Below, one piece after another: positions 48,902 to 58,597 of a stretch of DNA of 64,000 nt. The DNA lies in contig JAEDJA010000008.1 of the NCBI GenBank assembly GCA_016296575.1, forward strand, positions 3,921-67,920, in the 5' to 3' direction. Under the pieces are notes generated by a model. The model had not been told where the DNA came from and did not search any database. It saw nothing but the letters and a program-made list of their open reading frames with translations. Every line of letters begins with the position of its first letter. The first letter of the stretch is position 1. Made by a program: the position numbers and the translations under genes. Source of the DNA: Treponema sp. (GTDB lineage Bacteria > Spirochaetota > Spirochaetia > Treponematales > Treponemataceae).

Positions 48902-50479
48902 ATGGACAATAAAAAAGAAATAATCGATGGTAACAGTGTTTTGGGTATTGAATTCGGTTCTACACGAATCAAGGCAGTACTTATCAATTCTAATTTTGAA
49001 CCAATTGCAGGCGGAAGTTTTACTTGGGAAAACCAGCTTGTTGATGGTATCTGGACATATGATTTAGACCTGATCCACAAAGGACTTCAGGAATGTTACG
49101 CTGATCTAAAAAAAGACGTAAACGAAAAATATGGTGTAACACTTAAAAAATTCAAAAGTGCCGGTATTTCTGCAATGATGCACGGATATCTTGCTTTTGA
49201 TAAAGATGACAATCTTCTTGTTCCATTCAGAACATGGCGTAATACAATTACAGGACAGGCCTCTGCTGAACTTTCTGCCCTTTTCAACTTCCCTGTTCCT
49301 GAACGCTGGTCTATTTCTCACCTTTACCAGGCAATTCTGAATAAAGAAGAACATGTTTCTAAAATTTCAAATGTATATACACTTGCTGCTTATATTCACT
49401 ACCGCCTTACTGGAAAAAAAGTTCTTGGCGTTGGTGATGCATCAGGTATGTTCCCTATCAATAAAGATGAAATGAACTACAACTCAACTATGACAGCCAA
49501 GTTTGAAAAACTCATTTCTGAAAAAGGGCTCAACTACAAAATCAACGACATCTTCCCAAAAGTTTTGAACGCTGGTGAAGATGCTGGTACACTTACTGCT
49601 GATGGTGCTAAATTCCTAGATCCTGCTGGTGATCTTGAAGCCGGCATTCCACTTTGTCCTCCAGAAGGTGATGCAGGCACTGGTATGGTTGGAACTAACT
49701 CTTGTAAAGTTGGTACTGGAAATATTTCTGCTGGAACTTCAATTTTCTCAATGGTAGTTCTGGAAAAAGATCTGGCCAAAGTATATCCTGGAATCATTGA
49801 TGTAGTTACTACTCCAGATGGAAGTCCTGTTGCCATGGTTCACTGCAACAACTGTACCGGTGAACACAACAACTGGATTAATCTTTTTAAGGAAGTTTGT
49901 AATACTCTTGGATTTGAACCATCAATGAAAGACCTTTACGACAAGCTTCTTGGAAAATCAATTGAAGGTGATAAAGATGTAGGTGGGCTTCTCGCTTACA
50001 ACTATCTTTCTGGTGAAACAATTACAGGATTCAACTCAGGTCGTCCTCTTTTTGTACGTTCTGAAAACTGTAATTTCAATCTTGCAAACTTTATGCGTGC
50101 CCAGATGTTTACATCTCTTGGTGCAAATCGTGCCGGTATGGATATTCTTTTTGATGAAAATGTAAAAATTACCAGCATGACAGGTGCCGGCGGATACTTC
50201 AAAACTGATGCTGGTCTTAAATTCATGGCTGCATCAATTCATACACCTGTTTCTGCTATGGAAACTGCAGGCGAAGGCGGACCTTGGGGTATGGCAATTC
50301 TTGCTTCTTACCTTGGTGCAGGATGTACTCTTGATGAATACCTTGAAAAGAAAGTATTTGTTACCTGTAAAAAAACAACAGCTGAAGTTGAAAAAGACCT
50401 GGAAGAAAGCTTCAATATCTTCTATGAAAACTACAAAAAAGGTCTTGCTGTAGAACGTGCAGCTGTAGAAAATCTGTAA
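48902..50479 (+). CDS. FGGY-family sugar kinase, probable L-ribulokinase
   Basis: LGIEFGSTRIKA, ISAMMHG, FRTWRN, PPEGDAGTGM; upstream of araD. Confidence 0.85.
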   Translation: MDNKKEIIDGNSVLGIEFGSTRIKAVLINSNFEPIAGGSFTWENQLVDGIWTYDLDLIHKGLQECYADLKKDVNEKYGVTLKKFKSAGISAMMHGYLAFDKDDNLLVPFRTWRNTITGQASAELSALFNFPVPERWSISHLYQAILNKEEHVSKISNVYTLAAYIHYRLTGKKVLGVGDASGMFPINKDEMNYNSTMTAKFEKLISEKGLNYKINDIFPKVLNAGEDAGTLTADGAKFLDPAGDLEAGIPLCPPEGDAGTGMVGTNSCKVGTGNISAGTSIFSMVVLEKDLAKVYPGIIDVVTTPDGSPVAMVHCNNCTGEHNNWINLFKEVCNTLGFEPSMKDLYDKLLGKSIEGDKDVGGLLAYNYLSGETITGFNSGRPLFVRSENCNFNLANFMRAQMFTSLGANRAGMDILFDENVKITSMTGAGGYFKTDAGLKFMAASIHTPVSAMETAGEGGPWGMAILASYLGAGCTLDEYLEKKVFVTCKKTTAEVEKDLEESFNIFYENYKKGLAVERAAVENL

Positions 50480-50491
50480 TAAGAGGAAAAT

Positions 50492-51208
50492 ATGTACGAG
50501 GATATTAAACAGGCTGCTTACGAAGCCAATATGCTTATTCCTGCCAACAATCTGGCACTTTACACATGGGGAAACGTTTCTGCTTTTGATAAAGATAAAG
50601 CTGTTTTTGCCATTAAACCAAGTGGAGTTCCATACCCAGAGCTTACTCCAGACAGTATGGTTATTGTGGATGTTGAAGGAAAAAAAGTTGAAGGAAAACT
50701 GAATCCTTCTTCTGATACACCAACACATGCTGTTCTTTACAAGGTTTTTGGCCTTGAAAAAGGAGCAGAAATTGGAGGAATTATCCATACACATTCAACA
50801 TTTGCTGTTTCCTGGGCACAGGCATGTAAATCAGTTCCTCTTTATGGTACTACACATGCTGATCACCTTCAGAAAGACATTCCATGTACACCTTACCTTT
50901 CTGAAGCTGCAGTAAAATCAGCTTACGAACTGGAAACTGGACTTCAAATCATCAAATATTTTGAGGAAAAAGGACTTAATCCTTCTGAAGTAAACATGGT
51001 TTTGTGTGGTGGACATGGACCTTTTGCATGGGGTAAAAACGCTGATAAAGCAGTTTACAATGGTACTGTTCTGGAAGAAATCTGTAAAATGGCAACATTT
51101 ACAAGATTAAACGGGGCCTCCCTGGATGACAGACTCCCAGAATACATCATTAATAAACATTATGAGCGAAAACACGGTCCAAATTCTTACTACGGACAGG
51201 GAAAATAA
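50492..51208 (+). CDS. araD: L-ribulose-5-phosphate 4-epimerase
   Basis: TWGNVS, IKPSGV, PSSDTPTH, HTHS, GTTHAD, KHYERKHGPNSYYGQ. Confidence 0.96.
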   Translation: MYEDIKQAAYEANMLIPANNLALYTWGNVSAFDKDKAVFAIKPSGVPYPELTPDSMVIVDVEGKKVEGKLNPSSDTPTHAVLYKVFGLEKGAEIGGIIHTHSTFAVSWAQACKSVPLYGTTHADHLQKDIPCTPYLSEAAVKSAYELETGLQIIKYFEEKGLNPSEVNMVLCGGHGPFAWGKNADKAVYNGTVLEEICKMATFTRLNGASLDDRLPEYIINKHYERKHGPNSYYGQGK

Positions 51209-51216
51209 GTTATAAT

Positions 51217-51258
51217 AAAGGAGATGTTTAAAAAGATTTAACAACATCTCCTTTTTTT
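51217..51258 (+). terminator. Intrinsic terminator after araD
   Basis: AAAGGAGATGTT...AACATCTCCTTT stem ending in a T7 tract. Confidence 0.8.
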
Positions 51259-52017
51259 ATGAACCGTAATTTTTCAAGTGAAGCAGTAATTCTTTCTCTT
51301 TCTCCTTTGGGTGAAAATAATACCTTGGTGACAATGCTTACCAAAGAACGAGGTATTTATAAGGCTTGTCTTTATGGAGGACCTAAATCCAAACTAAGAT
51401 CCTTATGCGCACCATTTAACTACGGAACCATATTTATTTACGAAAACACCGAAAAAAATCAGAATAAAATTAGTGATTTTGACGTAAAAAATTTTCACAT
51501 GAGTTTTTCACAAAATCTATTCAAAACCTATGCAGCAAACCTCGCCTGTGAAATTGCCATTAAAACTGAATGTGGTGGCGACAACAGACTTTTCTGGCCT
51601 TTAATCATATCATTTTTAGACGGAATGGAGCTTTCTACCGAAATGCAAAGCCGTGCCGGTCTGTTACGATTTTTGTGGCGATTCATAAAAAATTCCGGAC
51701 TCATGCCTCAGCTTGAAAACTGCAGTTCCTGTGAAAATACTGTTTCTAAAAATCAGCTTTCCTATTATAATGTTAATGAAAACTCTTTTATGTGCAGTGA
51801 TTGCGCGGAAGGACATGGTTCCCAGCATCTTCTGCCTGTAAAATACCAGGGACTCATGTATTTATGGGCCTGTGCTAATCTTGATCCTCAGAAAGCCAGA
51901 AATTATCCACTGGATGAAGAAGCTTTTAATCAGATCAGGGTTATTATCTATGAAATGACTAAACTCACCTGCTCTGCCAGGCTGAACACTCTTGAAATTG
52001 GGATGGGAATTTTATGA
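51259..52017 (+). CDS. recO: DNA repair protein RecO
   Basis: N-terminal OB fold (AVILS..LGENN..VTMLTKERG) and a zinc finger CSSC...CSDC. Confidence 0.9.
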   Translation: MNRNFSSEAVILSLSPLGENNTLVTMLTKERGIYKACLYGGPKSKLRSLCAPFNYGTIFIYENTEKNQNKISDFDVKNFHMSFSQNLFKTYAANLACEIAIKTECGGDNRLFWPLIISFLDGMELSTEMQSRAGLLRFLWRFIKNSGLMPQLENCSSCENTVSKNQLSYYNVNENSFMCSDCAEGHGSQHLLPVKYQGLMYLWACANLDPQKARNYPLDEEAFNQIRVIIYEMTKLTCSARLNTLEIGMGIL

Positions 52018-53369
52018 GAGCGACAGATATTATTTTAAAAAAACGCGGCACTTTTGTCACAGAAAACGGAAAAAGAATTCTTAAAAACTCTGAACCACTT
52101 ACAAAAGAAGAAATTGACTTCATGATAAAAGGATGCACTGACGAAAGCATTCCTCAGTATCAGTTGAGTTCATGGCTCATGTCCATTTTTTTTAACGGCA
52201 TGACATTTGAAGAAACAGCATATCTTACCCAGAGCATGCTTTATTCAGGTGACGTAATTGACCTCCATAAGTCAAATCTTTTTCCAAAAAACACTGTATT
52301 CGTTGATAAGCATTCCACAGGTGGTGTTGGTGATAAGATTTCTTTACCCCTAGCACCCATTGTAGCAGCCTGTGGATTAAAAGTTCCAATGATGAGTGGA
52401 CGTGCCCTAGGTCATACAGGTGGAACTTTGGATAAACTTGAATCAATAAAAGGCTACAATGTAAATCTTACAGAAGAAAAATTTACACAGCTTATCAATA
52501 AAACCGGTTTTGCCATGACAGGACAGACTATAAAAATTGCTCCTGCAGATAGAATTCTTTATGCTCTCCGTGATGTTACCGGCACTGTTGAATCTGTACC
52601 GCTTATTACCGCCAGTATTCTTTCGAAAAAAGTTGCAGAAGGTAGTGATGCATTGGTATTTGACGTAAAATACGGCAGTGGAGCCTTTATGAAATCCAAG
52701 GAAGATGCTGAAACTCTTGCAACCAGCCTTGTTAATACAGTAAAGGCTATGGGGAAAAATGCAACAGCATTTCTTACAGATATGAACACTCCTCTTGGCA
52801 TGAAAATTGGTAACTTCCTCGAAATTGAAGAAACAATTGACTGTCTTATGAATAATGGACCTGCCGATATTATGACACTTACCCTGACTCTGGGTGCAGA
52901 AATGCTTGTTCTTGGAAAGATAGCAAAAAATACGGAAGAAGGTCTTGAAATGTGCCGCAAGGTAGTTTCAAACGGAAAAGCACTTGAAGCTTTCCTTGAA
53001 AATGTAAAAGACCAGGGTGGAGATCCTGAACTTCTTTTAAAAGAAAAAGATGTACGTCGTTCAGCATTCCACTACACTTTTACGGCAGAAAAAGACGGCT
53101 ATATTTCCATGGAAAGTTATCTTATTGGAATTGCAGGGGTTGCGCTTGGCGTTGGACGAACAAAAACAACAGATCCTGTTTGTCCTGATGCAGGAATGAT
53201 ATTGTTCAAAAAAACCGGAGATTTTGTAAAAAAAGGTGAACCGGTAATGGAAGTTTACGGAAAGGATGAAGACTGTCTTTCTGAAAGCAAAACAATTCTT
53301 TTAAAAGCGGTAAGCTACACAGATAAAAAACCGGAAACAAATCCTCTCATTTACAAGGTAATTAAATAA
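52014..53369 (+). CDS. pdp: Pyrimidine-nucleoside/thymidine phosphorylase
   Basis: DKHSTGGVGDK, SGRALGHTGGTLDKLE, SILSKK, DVKYGSGAFM. Confidence 0.95.
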   Translation: MRATDIILKKRGTFVTENGKRILKNSEPLTKEEIDFMIKGCTDESIPQYQLSSWLMSIFFNGMTFEETAYLTQSMLYSGDVIDLHKSNLFPKNTVFVDKHSTGGVGDKISLPLAPIVAACGLKVPMMSGRALGHTGGTLDKLESIKGYNVNLTEEKFTQLINKTGFAMTGQTIKIAPADRILYALRDVTGTVESVPLITASILSKKVAEGSDALVFDVKYGSGAFMKSKEDAETLATSLVNTVKAMGKNATAFLTDMNTPLGMKIGNFLEIEETIDCLMNNGPADIMTLTLTLGAEMLVLGKIAKNTEEGLEMCRKVVSNGKALEAFLENVKDQGGDPELLLKEKDVRRSAFHYTFTAEKDGYISMESYLIGIAGVALGVGRTKTTDPVCPDAGMILFKKTGDFVKKGEPVMEVYGKDEDCLSESKTILLKAVSYTDKKPETNPLIYKVIK

Positions 53370-53380
53370 GGAAATCCGGC

Positions 53381-55507
53381 ATGAAATTTAATAAAAAAGC
53401 AGTCACAAAAGCACAGATTGACCCAATTTGTGAAAAATTCAAAATTGACCCAATATTAGCCTCGATTTTTGTACGCCGGGGTATTACCCAAGGTCCAGAT
53501 TTGTTTTATTTTCTGGACAACGACATTCATTTTGAACACAATCCTTTTCTTTTTACTCAGATGGAAGATGCGGTAGAACGAATAATGGCCGCAAAAGAGG
53601 AAGAAGAAAAAATAATGATTTTTGGTGATCGTGATGTAGACGGCATTACAAGTACGGCAATTCTATATAATTATATGAAAAGAGCAGGATTCGATGTTTC
53701 TTATCGAGTTCCCAATGGTGATGAGCCTTATGGTCTTTCCATTCAGGCGGTAGAGGATTTTGCTGCAACAAACGGAACTTTAATTATTACCGTTGACTGC
53801 GGTATTTCCTGTTACGAAGAAGTAGAAAAAGCTAACTCACTTGGAATTGATGTCATCGTTACAGACCATCATAATCCACCTGAAAAAATTCCAAATGCAT
53901 TTGCAATTCTTGATGCTAAAATTGAAGGTGAAGAATATCCTTACAAAGAAATATCTGGAGCTGCAGTTGCTTATAAGCTTGTTTCCGCTTTAAGATTTGC
54001 ACAAAGTTCACTTTTTAAAGCCGATATTTGCCTTTTAAATATTGAAGAAGTAAATGGCACATTTGAAATCACCGTGCTAAAGGTTCGCAATCATACAAAA
54101 TACAAGATTATCAAAGAGATTATTGTTCCTGGACAAACCTATTTTACAGACACAAGACTTCCTCTGTTTCTAGGTTCCAATTACATCTATGTTTGGGACA
54201 GCCGAGATACAATTGGCAAAATGAAAGCTTTATTTGGAAATGGAATTGATTTTTCCTTTATGGACCTTAAATCTGAAAGTTCAAAAATCTGGCCTGCTTT
54301 TGCTTCAAAAAGTCTTGCTCAACTAAAAGACATTTCAAAATCCTCAAGATTCGGCATGTGTCATAACACCGAAATTGAAGCACTTTTCAATATCTACATT
54401 ACTTATGCCAATTATATGCTTTCGGTAAATGACAAAAATCTGGAAGCTTGCAGAACTGAAGAACTCCAGCTGGTAGGTATTGCCGCCATGGCTGATATTA
54501 TGCCAATGCGTAATGAAAACAGACTTTTTGTAAAAAGCTGTGTAAAAAGCATAAAAGATGGTAAAGCCATTCCCGCTCTTGCAGTACTTCTTTCAAAATT
54601 GAAATTAAATTTCCAGAATCTTTCGGCACAGGAGCTTGCCTGGGTGTTGAATCCCTGCTTAAATGCTGCAGGCCGCTTGGGAAAAACTGATTTAGCACTG
54701 GAACTCCTGGTTACTGAAGATCCCAAACGACGGGAAATTCTTGCAGAAGAGCTTCTTCAGCTTAATGAAGAACGAAAAAAACTTGTTAATGATGCACTTT
54801 ATGTTACAAAATCAAAGGCAGAAGAATCCATTTCCAAAACGGAAGGAAAAATGATTATTGTGGCAGACCAGTCCATCAATAAAGGAATAACAGGTCTTCT
54901 CGCCGGAAGATTCTTAAATGAATACAACGTACCTTCCATTGCACTTACAAAAAATGATGGAATATGGGCAGGTTCCATGCGCTCAACTGAAAATGTAATC
55001 GCTACAGATTTTCTAAAAGACTTTGGAGATGATTTTTTTGTTGCTTACGGTGGACATAATGCAGCAGCTGGTTTTTCTTTTTCTGAGGATAAATTTGATC
55101 AGTTTATGGAAACTACACTTAAACTTTGCAGAACCTTTGATTCAGAAAAAAAGGAAACCGTACTTAACATCGATGCAGAAATTCCACCAGAATACCTGAC
55201 ACCTGCTATTCTTGATACGGTAAAGCTTTTTGAACCATTCGGAAATGATAATGAAGAACTAGTTTTCTATTCACCAAAATTAAAAATCATTGATTCCAGA
55301 GTTATGGGAACACAAAACCAGCATCTGAAAGTTACCTTGGACTGTGGAAAACATAAATTCCCTGCCCTTTTCTGGAATGCTGCCGATAAATTAAACAGAG
55401 ATTTTTCTTTGGGCGATGAAGTTTCAGTTTTGTACAACATGAATGAGAATTTTTTTAATGGAACTGTTACCCCACAAATTATAGTCAAAGATTTATGGAG
55501 AAGCTAA
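53381..55507 (+). CDS. recJ: Single-stranded DNA exonuclease RecJ with an internal insertion
   Basis: GDRDVDG, TVDCG, TDHH, NAAGR, GSMRS, GGHNAAAG, EPFG. Confidence 0.95.
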   Translation: MKFNKKAVTKAQIDPICEKFKIDPILASIFVRRGITQGPDLFYFLDNDIHFEHNPFLFTQMEDAVERIMAAKEEEEKIMIFGDRDVDGITSTAILYNYMKRAGFDVSYRVPNGDEPYGLSIQAVEDFAATNGTLIITVDCGISCYEEVEKANSLGIDVIVTDHHNPPEKIPNAFAILDAKIEGEEYPYKEISGAAVAYKLVSALRFAQSSLFKADICLLNIEEVNGTFEITVLKVRNHTKYKIIKEIIVPGQTYFTDTRLPLFLGSNYIYVWDSRDTIGKMKALFGNGIDFSFMDLKSESSKIWPAFASKSLAQLKDISKSSRFGMCHNTEIEALFNIYITYANYMLSVNDKNLEACRTEELQLVGIAAMADIMPMRNENRLFVKSCVKSIKDGKAIPALAVLLSKLKLNFQNLSAQELAWVLNPCLNAAGRLGKTDLALELLVTEDPKRREILAEELLQLNEERKKLVNDALYVTKSKAEESISKTEGKMIIVADQSINKGITGLLAGRFLNEYNVPSIALTKNDGIWAGSMRSTENVIATDFLKDFGDDFFVAYGGHNAAAGFSFSEDKFDQFMETTLKLCRTFDSEKKETVLNIDAEIPPEYLTPAILDTVKLFEPFGNDNEELVFYSPKLKIIDSRVMGTQNQHLKVTLDCGKHKFPALFWNAADKLNRDFSLGDEVSVLYNMNENFFNGTVTPQIIVKDLWRS

Positions 55508-56466
55508 TGAAAAAAATTATGCTTGCAATTCTTATTTTGAACTCTTTTTTACTTTTTGCCGCTACAGGAAATTTTCAAAGTGAAAATTATTCACTGAGTG
55601 TAAAATATAATGAGATTCTAGTGCCTGGAGATGCGGTTTTTGTACGCATGAATTTTATTCAGAACAGTAAACAGAAAAGAAATCTTAAAGCTCCGGAAAA
55701 AAATGCAGTTCTAAAGCTGTATAACGGAAAGAAAGCTGTAGAACAAGCCACTTTTTATTCTCTTGGTAAAACTAAAAAATCCGTAAATGACATGCTTTGT
55801 GGAATTCCTCTTTCTCCATGGCTTAGCGAAGGAGATTATTCACTTAAAATCATTTTTGATGACGGAACTGAAACTAAGGAATTTAATCTTCCTGTTATTT
55901 TCCAGAATCGAAGCTGGAATACAGAAATTCTTGATTTGGATGAATCAAACAGTGCCATTAAAACAGATTCTTCTCCTGCAAGAACTTCTCAGATCAATAC
56001 ATTGAATGAAATCCTTGAAACAACTATTTTTTCAGATGTTTATTCGCTAAAAAAATGGGTTCCTCCAACAGATTCTACACGATACACCGCTTATTATGGT
56101 GACAGAAGAACTTATAGATATACTAACGGGAAATCATCAACAAGCCTCCATTACGGAAATGATTACGGGATTCCCACTGGAAGTGATGTGACTGCCTGTG
56201 CGGATGGTAAAGTTGTTATGGCAGAAAACCGTATTTCCACTGGCTGGAGCGTAGTTATTGAACATCTTCCAGGACTTTACAGCCTTTATTACCATATGGA
56301 TTCACTTTGTGTTAAAGAAGGAGAAATGGTAAAAGCTGGAGAGCTAATTGGAAAATCAGGATCAACAGGATTAGCCACTGGACCTCATCTGCATTGGGAA
56401 GTTCGCCTTAACATGTGTGCAGTACGACCTGAATTCTTCCTTGATGATTTTACTTTTTCCGAGTAA
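55507..56466 (+). CDS. M23-family metallopeptidase (exported)
   Basis: Signal peptide from MKKIMLAIL, HYGND, YYHM, TGPHLHWE. Confidence 0.92.
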   Translation: MKKIMLAILILNSFLLFAATGNFQSENYSLSVKYNEILVPGDAVFVRMNFIQNSKQKRNLKAPEKNAVLKLYNGKKAVEQATFYSLGKTKKSVNDMLCGIPLSPWLSEGDYSLKIIFDDGTETKEFNLPVIFQNRSWNTEILDLDESNSAIKTDSSPARTSQINTLNEILETTIFSDVYSLKKWVPPTDSTRYTAYYGDRRTYRYTNGKSSTSLHYGNDYGIPTGSDVTACADGKVVMAENRISTGWSVVIEHLPGLYSLYYHMDSLCVKEGEMVKAGELIGKSGSTGLATGPHLHWEVRLNMCAVRPEFFLDDFTFSE

Positions 56467-56498
56467 TTAAAACGAATTTCTTTTATGCCGACAGATTT

Positions 56499-57212
56499 TT
56501 ATTTCTGCTTTAAAAATCTGTCCAAAAGAATTTTATTTCCTCTCTGCTCTTTTTTTATGCTTTTAGCAAGGTAAGCTTCAATTTTTTCGTTAGATCCAGC
56601 AACAAGAATGTGACAATCTTTTGTGAAAATAAAATCAGGCCCAGAAATTGGAAGAAGCTCCTGTTCATTACAACTTCGGCAGGCTATTACATTCAGATTG
56701 TATTTCTGGCGTATTCCACTGTTCTTCAAAGATAAGCCTTCCAGTTCATCAAGAATTTCAACCTCGGCAATACTAAAATCTGATGAAAACTGCATGTAGT
56801 TGCAAAGCTGTTTTGAAATCAATAAGGGTGTGATTCTTTTTGCGGCTTCAAGTTCAGGATAAATTACCTGTGTAGCACCTGCCATGGTAAGAAGCTCTCC
56901 GTGGGTGTCAGACTGAGTTTCTACAATAATATTTTTAATTCCCATCTGATGTAGATAATGAGTTGCAAGAATTGAAGGTTCAAGATTATTGTCAAAATCC
57001 AAAATTGCTGCATCCACATTCTGAGGAATAATTTTTACAAAAGCCTCTTTATTGATTACATCAGTTATATAGGAAACCTTTGCCTTGCTTTTATATTTTT
57101 CAATCTTTTCTGAATCTTTATCTACAATAATAATTTCAGACCCAACGGCAGACAGTTCTTCAAGCATTCTGATTCCAAAAGCACCAAGTCCTATAATTGC
57201 AATCTGCAGCAT
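56499..57212 (-). CDS. Ktr/Trk potassium uptake regulatory (RCK) subunit
   Basis: IGLGAFG nucleotide-binding motif and RCK_C. Likely start is the ATG at 57212 after GAGGTG. Confidence 0.9.
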   Translation of the reverse strand: MLQIAIIGLGAFGIRMLEELSAVGSEIIIVDKDSEKIEKYKSKAKVSYITDVINKEAFVKIIPQNVDAAILDFDNNLEPSILATHYLHQMGIKNIIVETQSDTHGELLTMAGATQVIYPELEAAKRITPLLISKQLCNYMQFSSDFSIAEVEILDELEGLSLKNSGIRQKYNLNVIACRSCNEQELLPISGPDFIFTKDCHILVAGSNEKIEAYLAKSIKKEQRGNKILLDRFLKQK

Positions 57213-57226
57213 AACCACCTCTTTTT

Positions 57227-58585
57227 TTATCCTATAAGAACAGACTCTTCAGGATATATATAATCGTTTTTATCAGTTTCAAAAATTCCAGATTTTATGG
57301 ACATAGCAAAAATACCAGTTCGTCCAATATACATTGTAAGAATAATTACAATTTTTCCAAAGACACTCAATTCTGGTGTTAATCCTCTGGACAATCCTAC
57401 TGTAGCAAAGGCTGATGTACTTTCAAACACAAGATCAATGATTGAAAATGTTCCCTCCAGAATCAGATGCTGTTCTGTTACAGCAAGTAAAATTGCAGAA
57501 AGAATTATTATCAATATACTTCGGGAAATAATTGTAACAGATTTATTGATGACAGAAGAGGGAATTCGCCTGTTCAAAAAACTTACTGTATTTCTCTGTT
57601 CATTGCCGTCAAGAAGATATAGCATTGTAATGAAAAAAGTAGTTGTCTTTACGCCACCTGCAATGGAACCAGGAGATCCACCAATAAACATAAGCACCAG
57701 ATGAAAAATAGTAGAAGCTGGTGGAAAAGCTTGCTGGGAAATTGTTTCAAATCCTGCAGTTCTTAAAGAAACTGATTCAAATATTGCTGTGAGAATAGTT
57801 TTTCCAGTTGAAAAATTCCATGTATTTATGGTCAAAAATGATAGGAATGTAAAAACAAAGCCTAGAAGCAATAAAACAGCTGTAGCAATTAAAACAATCT
57901 TTACATGAAGTGATAAATAAAATTTCCGACCTTCTCTTTTTGCCTTTAATTTTTGTCCGATGTTTGTAAAAACCACAAATCCTATTCCACCCAAAATAAT
58001 CAAAACCATTATGACAGAAAGGACATACCAGTTTTCAGAAAACTGACCAAGGGAATCAGAAAAAGGTGAAAAACCTGCATTACAGAAAGCAGAAATCGAA
58101 AGAAACAGTGAATGAAAAATAAATTCCGTATCACCTGATTTATAAAGTCCTGGCATAAGAAAAAGAAAGCCTATGAACTGAATAATGATTGTAATCGAAA
58201 TTATTTTTCTAAGAATGAATCTTGGGCGGTAATCAATATCATCAATAAAAAAATCTTTTACCAGGTTTCTGTTTGCAACCGAAATTTTTTTTGAAGATAC
58301 TGTCATTAAAAGAGAAATATAAGTAAGGATTCCTAAACCGCCGGTTTCAATCAGAATCAGAATAAAAACCAATCCTGTCCTGCTGTATATTTCCATGGAT
58401 AATGTGGATAAACCTGTTACAGAAACAGCGGAAACTGCAGTAAACAGAGCATCAATGTAACTTACAGAAATCCCTTCTTTATATGCAACTGGAAGAACAA
58501 GTAAAATTGAACCGATTAAAGAAATAAAGAGAAAATACAAAAACAGCTGAAGCTTTTCGGAAGAAAATTTATTTTTCACAGTCAT
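57227..58585 (-). CDS. Ktr/TrkH potassium uptake membrane subunit
   Basis: Pore-loop motifs SAVSVTGL, SAFCNAGF, RTAGF, SAFATVGLS; GGVKTTT. Confidence 0.93.
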   Translation of the reverse strand: MTVKNKFSSEKLQLFLYFLFISLIGSILLVLPVAYKEGISVSYIDALFTAVSAVSVTGLSTLSMEIYSRTGLVFILILIETGGLGILTYISLLMTVSSKKISVANRNLVKDFFIDDIDYRPRFILRKIISITIIIQFIGFLFLMPGLYKSGDTEFIFHSLFLSISAFCNAGFSPFSDSLGQFSENWYVLSVIMVLIILGGIGFVVFTNIGQKLKAKREGRKFYLSLHVKIVLIATAVLLLLGFVFTFLSFLTINTWNFSTGKTILTAIFESVSLRTAGFETISQQAFPPASTIFHLVLMFIGGSPGSIAGGVKTTTFFITMLYLLDGNEQRNTVSFLNRRIPSSVINKSVTIISRSILIIILSAILLAVTEQHLILEGTFSIIDLVFESTSAFATVGLSRGLTPELSVFGKIVIILTMYIGRTGIFAMSIKSGIFETDKNDYIYPEESVLIG

Positions 58586-58597
58586 TTATTAATAATC

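Noticed and set aside
50234..50794. 186-aa minus-strand ORF across the ribulokinase/araD junction, plus the many other 60-155 aa overlapping ORFs in the track
   Set aside because: These are antisense or alternate-frame ORFs within conserved genes, expected from codon bias.
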